A stretch of DNA of 51,397 bases, counting the filler, from Stramenopiles sp. TOSAG23-2 (Eukaryota), in assembly GCA_900128395.1 (NCBI GenBank). It is 2 parts of 2 records of this genome, joined end to end, with 100 filler letters (N's around TTAATTAATTAA, not from the genome) between each part and the next. Parts side by side here need not be neighbours in the genome. Positions count along the whole stretch, not along the records: positions 25,774 to 51,397 come from LT649451.1; 1 more part is not named here. One strand, 5' to 3'. Made by a program: the position numbers and the translations under genes. Every line of letters starts with the position of its first letter. Positions within the stretch are counted from its first letter, which is position 1. This document shows, piece after piece, positions 44,100 to 51,397 of the stretch. The notes beneath the pieces were generated by a model. It did no database searches. It had not been told where the DNA came from and saw nothing but the letters and a program-made list of their open reading frames with translations.

Positions 44100-46367
44100 C
44101 TACAGTTCTAGTTCGAATTGTCTTTCCATATCCATATCCATTTCTAAAAATACTTGTTGATTTGCAAGATGAAAGCGGCTATGTTTCATTTCTTCCGCCT
44201 TCGGGCAACCAGCTTCTTTCAATAGCTTCCTAATATGTGCTATTTCGGCTTTCGCAGCTTTTATTTTGTCGTCACTACTGCTAAACCAACCCTTTTTAAC
44301 TACTTTCTTCTCCTCCTTTGCTTCCTCTTTCTTTGGAGTGTCATTTGAATCCTTTTCTTTCTTCTCTTCTTTTTGTTCTTCTTTTTGTTCTTCTTTTTGT
44401 TCTTCTTTTTGTTCTTCTTTTTGTTCTACTGGTTTAGCTTCTTTTTGCTCCTCCATTTCTTTTTTCTTTTCTTCCTTTTTCTTTTCTTCCTTTTTCTTTT
44501 TCCCAAACCCCAAAAATCGGCTGTGTTTGCCAAGGCGTCTACGTTCTATTTCTACTAAGGCAGCCTCCTCTTTCTTCTCCTCGCAGGCTTTCACAGCTGC
44601 TAGATAAGTCTTTTTACACTTTCCAAAGCATACCATAGGTTTTTTAGGTGGACATGTTGGATCTTTCTTTTCTACCTCCTTAGTTGCAACTTCCTCTTCA
44701 TCACCACCTTCATTCGCTTCTTTTTCAGCTTTTGCGGCACGACCTGGTTTCCACCAAGCGCCTTTTGGCATGTTTCTTTTTGCTTTTTTTAATTGTTGGT
44801 GTAGAGAATAACATTGTGCTCCTTTTGTATCTTTCCAACAATGATGCTTTAATAATTCCAGCCTCCTTTCATGGTTTCCAACTATTTCGTCCATTGTCAA
44901 ATTTTTCTCGTTTTCAATGGCTTCCAAGGCAACGTCAAAGCGTTTTCTTGTCGTGATACCATTTTCGCCTAAATGTTTCTTAGCCTGTTTGGCGGCTTTT
45001 TCCATTGCTTCTCTTCCTTTCTTCTTTGCCATAGCCCTTGAAAATTCAGTCATAACCGATGTTATTAATGCATCGATCATGTCACTACTCCATACATTAG
45101 CCACACGTGGATCAAATACTAAACTTGCAACAAATACAGCACGCTCTATCTTGTCTTCAATTTTTGCATCTCCTAGGTAACCGGTAAATAACTCTGCATG
45201 TTCTTCGATTGCATTATCTAGGCCGTCAACCATTGGTGCAGTTCTATAAATTACTTTTGCAACATCTTTTGCATATTGCTCGTCGGCTAATTTTTTGGCA
45301 TCCTCCCCAGTAAATATTTCCTGGTTCATATCATCCCAACAATAACCAACAGCAACATCCTCTATTGCACGAAGACGTACTTGAACTTTTGCTACTTGCA
45401 GGTCTTTTAAAATATCTTTAACAGAACTGAAGATTTTCATGAATGTATCCGATGATGCTTCTATTACATCTTCTTCAAAACCTAAGAAAACTTTGCCAAG
45501 TGGTGCGACTAAAACTTTGGTGATTCTTTTTCCTAAAGCAGGATCTCCTTTCGCTTCAAAAATTTTTCTTAGCATGTTTTTAATTTGTTTTTTCATCCAA
45601 CCCATAAAGTGATTAATTAAAGTTTTCATGGCACTCGTGCAAAGGTTTGCAAGATTAATTTCTGTAGAAACAATAAATGTTACTCCGAAACTTGGCAAAA
45701 CACCACATATGGATTCAATTGGCCCACTTAATATCTCTTGAAGTCCCATGCGCGCTTTGTCATACAACGATCTTTTTTCAGTACGTAAAGGATAAGCTCC
45801 AAGGCCTGCACTTGCTGAGCGTGTCAGATCCATCCAAGCTTGGCGTATACGAGAGTGTAAACCTAACTGCGTGACGATTTTATCTTTTAGGAAGTAAAAT
45901 CCTTGAGCAATAACAGTGAAAAACATCTTAATAGCACCTCCGTCAGCCGCATTAAACGCGCGGTATGCATTTTTCAATATGTCAATGCCGCCACCTCTTA
46001 AGTTTTCGATCCACATTTCGCCAGCTTCGTCACACGCTTCTTCATCGGTAATTGGCATGCCGTCAGCGTCCATATATGGTTCTTCGTCACCTTCATCAGT
46101 TGTATACATACATTGTCCCGTGGACAATGCATTTGCGTGGAAATCTTTTGCCTCTTTCAATACTGATTTAATACAGTCTTCACCACACTGTCTAAGCATC
46201 TTCATTTGTGTTTCTGCTGAAGCATCCATTTGCATTTGTGTCATTCCTTCAGCTTTCACTTCGAGCAACATATCGGCAAAATTTTTGTTTGTTTTTACAC
46301 GATGGCTTGCTCCCATTGCAAAGCTATGGAAACATACACATACCAAAAATGCTAAAAAAATATTCAT
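44100..46367 (-). CDS. Secreted hypothetical protein, 755 aa
   Basis: Signal-peptide-like N-terminus, paired Cys, helical core, KEEQ repeats. Confidence 0.85.
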   Translation of the reverse strand: MNIFLAFLVCVCFHSFAMGASHRVKTNKNFADMLLEVKAEGMTQMQMDASAETQMKMLRQCGEDCIKSVLKEAKDFHANALSTGQCMYTTDEGDEEPYMDADGMPITDEEACDEAGEMWIENLRGGGIDILKNAYRAFNAADGGAIKMFFTVIAQGFYFLKDKIVTQLGLHSRIRQAWMDLTRSASAGLGAYPLRTEKRSLYDKARMGLQEILSGPIESICGVLPSFGVTFIVSTEINLANLCTSAMKTLINHFMGWMKKQIKNMLRKIFEAKGDPALGKRITKVLVAPLGKVFLGFEEDVIEASSDTFMKIFSSVKDILKDLQVAKVQVRLRAIEDVAVGYCWDDMNQEIFTGEDAKKLADEQYAKDVAKVIYRTAPMVDGLDNAIEEHAELFTGYLGDAKIEDKIERAVFVASLVFDPRVANVWSSDMIDALITSVMTEFSRAMAKKKGREAMEKAAKQAKKHLGENGITTRKRFDVALEAIENEKNLTMDEIVGNHERRLELLKHHCWKDTKGAQCYSLHQQLKKAKRNMPKGAWWKPGRAAKAEKEANEGGDEEEVATKEVEKKDPTCPPKKPMVCFGKCKKTYLAAVKACEEKKEEAALVEIERRRLGKHSRFLGFGKKKKEEKKKEEKKKEMEEQKEAKPVEQKEEQKEEQKEEQKEEQKEEKKEKDSNDTPKKEEAKEEKKVVKKGWFSSSDDKIKAAKAEIAHIRKLLKEAGCPKAEEMKHSRFHLANQQVFLEMDMDMERQFELEL

Positions 46368-47079
46368 CTTTTAATAAATATTATAATATATATAAAGTCA
46401 ATATTTATATAAAACTATTGATGTACAATGAATAAATATATGTACGCATGTATATGAATACTGGTGTATATATGTATATATATATTGTTTATAGAATTTG
46501 TACATCTTTTTGTAAAGAACTATATATATACTGTTATATTGTTATTATATAGATAATATAATAATAGGATGAATAATAATAATAGTATTAAATTAATGCT
46601 GTTTTTTTTTTTTGCTGGCTTTCGCCCCCTTTTTTTTATCCAAAAAAATAAACTAGTTTTAAATTGTATTTTTTATATACTTTTCCGCATGATTTTTCCT
46701 AACAGAAACGAGGAAACCGTATCTTACTAAATTCAAGAAGTAAAAGGGGGGAGAATCAATGGCACGATACAGCATTTTAGTATAGCAGTAGAATTTTTAA
46801 GACCAATAATATACGGCATGAAGTTACCAGCTATACTCGTCTATTTGATGAGGAGACGATAGTGCGATACAAAAAAAATATTCTAATAATACTAGTGCAC
46901 TACTATACTCCTGGCAGTATATATCCCCGTTTGTAAAAGAAATATAAATATGTAGTATACATGTGTATATATACATATATAAGTAATCATTTCGACGAGC
47001 TGTATCATACAAGCTATTACAGAGAACATTACGACGAGCAATTTGATTTTTTCGAATATATCATATTGTACTTATCGCA

Positions 47080-49332
47080 ATGAAGGGGTCTACAGTATTC
47101 CAACTAGCATTATTTTATTTAGTATTGATTACTGGGCATGAAGGTATAACAATCGCTACACAAATAAAGCAACGAGTTTATTTACGAAAGCAAATAAAAC
47201 AATTTGCACAGATGCATCAAGTGATGGAGCATAGTATGAATCAGATGCAAGACAGTTTTCTAGAAGTTCATGAAATGCAGTCATTGGAACACAAAGCGTT
47301 CGCGACCAGGGAGATTGCAGAGATGCATAAAAGCCTCAAGGAAAGTTTTACATACGCCCATAGTCCAATACGTGAAGATGTGATGAAGCTGAAGGATATT
47401 CCTGAAAACCACATTTTATCACGCAACGAAATTAAACAACATCGCTTGCATGTATCATCTTTATTAGAGACTGCCATGGCAGTACACAAAACAGAGAGTA
47501 AAACGTCAGTTGGTATGCAAATGATGTCAGATTTTGGTAAAACATTTTCGGACCCTAAAAAAATGGAATCATCCATGAGTATGACGGCTGCCGGAGGTGC
47601 CTCTGTATTTGGTTTTGCTGACGGTATGTATACCGGTATGCTTTCTGAAGTTAAAGGGAATTTTGAAGACCCAAAATGCCGTACTGATGAAATGGCGGCA
47701 AAGTTAAAAGATATTGGTGTAAAATTGAATGAAATGTGGACAAATTTCACACACATAGCCTCTTACTCACTTACCAAGCATGGCCGTGGAAAACTTATGA
47801 ATAGTACAGGAAATTTCTTGAAGTCTGTGGCTAAATTTATATATGCAGGTGGTTTATTTCTATGGGAGTGCCCAGGGACAAAAATGTTTGTCACCATGTT
47901 TTTGATGTTGGGACCAATGTTGATATTAAACATGGCATTCCTATATGTAGGAGGTGTAGTAGTGCCAATTATTATGAAATATGCCGGTATCATATCCGGT
48001 GCAGTAGGTTCAGTTGGATTTATGGGGAAACGCTTGAAAAGTGCTTACAATGGTACGAGGATGATCGCGGAAAACAAATGCCAGGATCAATGCAAAAAGC
48101 ATATTGTAGAAGACTCCTTTTCAGTTGCTGGTGCCCTTACGCAACTTGTTTTGGCAAGCGGATTGGATCAAATTATAAGTATTAAAAGAGATAAGAGTGC
48201 ACCATTTTTTAAAAGCTTCAAAGTGGATATGGCAGATTCGTTCAAAGGTGATATGACAAAACTTGGGGATGCAATGAAAAGTTGCAAATCTGGTAATCCA
48301 TTTAAATTGCCTAAATTCGACTCTGAAATTGCATCTTGTATGCCAGACACACCAGCGAAAGAATACCAAATGCAAAAAGATGCAGCATGGAAAAAATATA
48401 AAGCCAAGCCAGGGAAGAAAAAGCTGAGTTTTGCAGCATGGGAAGTAAAGAATGATCATTTGCAAGGACCAGACATGAAAGCATGGAAAAAGTACATCAA
48501 GATTAAAGGAAGTAAAGACGCAACGGGAATGGATTATAAGAAATTTTGTGAACTTTTAAGAGCTACAAAACCTTCATCTGGTATGGGTACTATGAAGCAT
48601 TTAGTTCGACCAGCAATGCTAGCAGCGGCAATGATGAATAAAAAGAATGCAACTCCGGCAGAAAAAGCAGCATTTGAGAAAAAATTTGGTAAAGGTAAAA
48701 AAGGTGACAAGTGGAAATGGGCATTATCAAAATTGAATTTTTCTTTACCAAAAGTCAACTTTACTATTGATTTACCTGATGATGTAAAACCAAAGGAGTT
48801 TACGAGAACGGATGAGATGGAAAAAATGTTAGATCAAGAATTATACAATCGTGTGATTGTCAGCGAGAAAATGCGTTGTTGGAAAAATTATTTAATAGAA
48901 AAGAGACTTGAATGGAAAGAACCATGTCCATTTAAGGAATGGTCAAAGCAATTTGTTGGTGAAGAACATAATTGTGTCGAGAAAGATATTCCTATGCCAC
49001 CGGCAAAACCAGTTGTTGAACCGGAACCACTGCCAACTCCGCAAAACAAGACGGAAGGTGGTGATGATCCAAAACCAGACGGTGGTGATGATCCAAAACC
49101 AGACGGTGGTGATGATCCAAAACCAGACGGTGGTTGTGATGATGATGATGATGATTGTGTTGACCCTAAACCTAAACCAAAACCAGAACCAGAACAAAAA
49201 CCAGAACCTAGTGATCCAGAACCAGAACCAGAACCAGAACCAGTAGCTCCAAAGCAAGAAGCAGAAACTGATCCAGGGTTATCGAAGCCATCACGTGTTA
49301 AAAGGAAAAGGAGAAAGTCTACGGCTGCGTAA
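47080..49332 (+). CDS. Secreted or membrane-associated hypothetical protein, 750 aa
   Basis: Signal-peptide-like N-terminus, central hydrophobic Gly-rich hairpin, GGDDPKPD x3 and PE repeats. Confidence 0.85.
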   Translation: MKGSTVFQLALFYLVLITGHEGITIATQIKQRVYLRKQIKQFAQMHQVMEHSMNQMQDSFLEVHEMQSLEHKAFATREIAEMHKSLKESFTYAHSPIREDVMKLKDIPENHILSRNEIKQHRLHVSSLLETAMAVHKTESKTSVGMQMMSDFGKTFSDPKKMESSMSMTAAGGASVFGFADGMYTGMLSEVKGNFEDPKCRTDEMAAKLKDIGVKLNEMWTNFTHIASYSLTKHGRGKLMNSTGNFLKSVAKFIYAGGLFLWECPGTKMFVTMFLMLGPMLILNMAFLYVGGVVVPIIMKYAGIISGAVGSVGFMGKRLKSAYNGTRMIAENKCQDQCKKHIVEDSFSVAGALTQLVLASGLDQIISIKRDKSAPFFKSFKVDMADSFKGDMTKLGDAMKSCKSGNPFKLPKFDSEIASCMPDTPAKEYQMQKDAAWKKYKAKPGKKKLSFAAWEVKNDHLQGPDMKAWKKYIKIKGSKDATGMDYKKFCELLRATKPSSGMGTMKHLVRPAMLAAAMMNKKNATPAEKAAFEKKFGKGKKGDKWKWALSKLNFSLPKVNFTIDLPDDVKPKEFTRTDEMEKMLDQELYNRVIVSEKMRCWKNYLIEKRLEWKEPCPFKEWSKQFVGEEHNCVEKDIPMPPAKPVVEPEPLPTPQNKTEGGDDPKPDGGDDPKPDGGDDPKPDGGCDDDDDDCVDPKPKPKPEPEQKPEPSDPEPEPEPEPVAPKQEAETDPGLSKPSRVKRKRRKSTAA

Positions 49333-49421
49333 TTAAAAATATTATGATTAAATATTAAAATTAAATAAAAAAAAAATTAAAAAAAATACAAAAAAATACA
49401 AAAACGTATTATACATATTAA

Positions 49422-50840
49422 TCAACTAAACTTAACACGTTTATTCCTATTATGAGAACGATAGTCTGCGCTTTTATCGTTATCATCATTGTAATGGGCA
49501 TTTCCCGTCAAATTTATGCTTCTATTAGCATATTTTTTTTGCTGCTTCATATTCAGCTTTTCATTTTCTAATGTTGCTGGTGTTTTTTGTAATTTCGATG
49601 ATGATTGTGTCTTATCTTTTAATGGTGTTTTAGTATTATCTGTTTTTGGGTTTTTATTAACTTTTTCTACTTCATCTTCTTCTTCTTCGTTACATAATAT
49701 AGTTGACAAAGATGATGATGATATTTTTTTAAAATAATTCTCTACCAAGTCCATCATTGACATGTCATACCATCGACGTACTAAATATATCGCATTATCA
49801 CTATATTTTGGTATAAATTTAACATCTGTATTACTTTGGATTAAATTACGAAACAATACCAAATTGACACAATCAAATTTTTCATTTATTAATATTCCTT
49901 CATATTTATCATTTACTAGTAATTCCTCCACGCATTTCCTGCTGTTGTTGCTGTTGTTGTTGCTAGAACTACATGACGAATGACTGAGATTTTTCATACC
50001 ATTAGCCTTACCACCGGTGGTAGTACTAATATCACTAACTAATTTACGTATTCTATATTTATGAATTTCTTCATCCGCTTCTATCCAATTTTCAAAAATA
50101 CGATTACCTTCATCTTTACTAATCAGTTCTTCAAAATGATCATCATTTCTGATGAATTGCAATGAATAATCGGATGGTAAATTAGCATTTGGGTGCAATG
50201 CATCTTTTTGTAACCATCCAAGGATATTTTCTCTTCCTAATTCATCAATTGTATGGCCACATTTTAAAATTTTCGGTAAACCATTTAGATTAGGCTTTGA
50301 CAGGTATGATTTTTCATAATGTTGGATGGAATCAATAGCAATTATGACGTGTCGAAGACTTACATGCATACATTGAAAATGTTGTGAAATAGCTATGGTT
50401 TTATATACAATTGCTGTTAATATTTCCTTTGATTTTTCAATTATTTTCCCCTCTGTAAAATACTCTTCCAACAATTTTCTACTATTAAATTGCTCTAACT
50501 TTTCATTTTGCTCTTTCAATCGATAAAACCATTTTAAAAAAATATTGAACATGGATATTGTTTCACTCTTACATTTGCTGCTAGCGTCAGTAGTAGTAAA
50601 AGATGAAGCAGAAGAAGATAATTTCATACCAGTACACGATTTTGTCTTCAATTCTTCCAAATTAGATCTATATAATTCCACAGCACGATTTTCCATTGGT
50701 TGTGAAGGTTGGAAATATATATTTTTACTTATATTGTCTTCTTCCTCTTCTTCTGACGATGAACTACTGGAAGGCAAGGACATATTATCAGAAGGATATG
50801 AACATTCACTATCATTCTCATTTTCATATTTGTTATTCAT
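49422..50840 (-). CDS. Hypothetical protein with possible degenerate histone-fold segments
   Basis: 472-aa ORF; segments weakly resembling H4 alpha2-alpha3 and H3 alpha1-alpha2. Confidence 0.7.
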   Translation of the reverse strand: MNNKYENENDSECSYPSDNMSLPSSSSSSEEEEEDNISKNIYFQPSQPMENRAVELYRSNLEELKTKSCTGMKLSSSASSFTTTDASSKCKSETISMFNIFLKWFYRLKEQNEKLEQFNSRKLLEEYFTEGKIIEKSKEILTAIVYKTIAISQHFQCMHVSLRHVIIAIDSIQHYEKSYLSKPNLNGLPKILKCGHTIDELGRENILGWLQKDALHPNANLPSDYSLQFIRNDDHFEELISKDEGNRIFENWIEADEEIHKYRIRKLVSDISTTTGGKANGMKNLSHSSCSSSNNNSNNSRKCVEELLVNDKYEGILINEKFDCVNLVLFRNLIQSNTDVKFIPKYSDNAIYLVRRWYDMSMMDLVENYFKKISSSSLSTILCNEEEEDEVEKVNKNPKTDNTKTPLKDKTQSSSKLQKTPATLENEKLNMKQQKKYANRSINLTGNAHYNDDNDKSADYRSHNRNKRVKFS

Positions 50841-51306
50841 TTTCTTATATTTTTAATTCTTCTATTGTATTTATATCCGGTATAAGCACAGAAATATGTA
50901 ATATCTTTGTTGTACTTTTAGAATGAAATATTATGCATGTATAGATTCGTTTTATTTATAATATGTTTTTGGTAATACATACTCTCACGTTATCCATATT
51001 GAGAACGACTGAACGAGTATTCAATTCATTCAATAATAATAAAAATATTTTCAAAGAAGATACAGTTCGAATAGCACAATAAAAAATGATTTTTAATAGA
51101 TTAATATCCCCTACATTAGTTGTTACGTCACAAGGGTCCTCATTTTAAGGATTATTAACATAAAGTGGTTGAAATTGTTTCTAGTATAAATGATAATACT
51201 GTTAAAGTATTAAACTTGACCTATCTATATGACTAGTGGAGGTGGAGAGGGACGTACTAATTGGGAGTCTGTAACTTTAATTCGGATATACCTTAATATT
51301 ACATGG

Positions 51307-51397
51307 ACACAGCAGGGTCTACGAATTGGATATTTCGATTTCTCCCAGGTACACAGCAGGCGATATTTCTGCGTTTTTTCCCAGGTACACAGCAGGC
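51307..51397 (+). repeat. Short tandem repeat at contig end
   Basis: acacagcagg x3; gatatttc..ttt.cccaggtacacagcaggc x2. Confidence 0.85.

Noticed and set aside
51307-51397. Repeat-spacer-like pattern resembling CRISPR
   Set aside because: Only 2-3 short units with related spacers, eukaryotic context, no cas genes.

Overview
AT-rich, gene-dense, intron-poor eukaryotic DNA. The poly-Asn tracts, (TA)n leaders and gene content suggest a heterotrophic stramenopile/MAST-like protist (inference). The window is two contigs of near-equal length (1-25673 and 25774-51397) joined by an artificial N44-TTAATTAATTAA-N44 linker, so nothing can be inferred across 25.7 kb. Recognisable genes: bacterial-type M23 peptidase, TKL kinase, CK2 beta, FG-GAP/ASPIC-UnbV protein, FABP-like protein, RUVBL1, C2H2-chromo-like protein, LRR protein, ACAD10/11-like dehydrogenase, eIF3L, maleylacetate-reductase-like Fe-ADH, spliced FMO, Nudix hydrolase, UNC-93-like MFS, DHYC palmitoyltransferase and a divergent pair of ~750-aa secreted proteins. 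Several genes are broken or fused (Gfo/Idh/MocA with two internal deletions, PKD2-like fragment fused back-to-back to the FG-GAP gene, EF-hand gene fused to a 7TM fragment that recurs on the other contig), either real rearrangements or amplification/assembly chimeras. Best leads: a zinc finger + degenerate IMPACT/YigZ + dynein microtubule-binding-domain fusion; a run of PTS1-tagged catabolic enzymes beside a transporter; an A-tailed, variably truncated repeat found only between convergent genes; and a possible degenerate H4-H3 histone doublet. All family calls are by-eye motif recognition; no searches were run.
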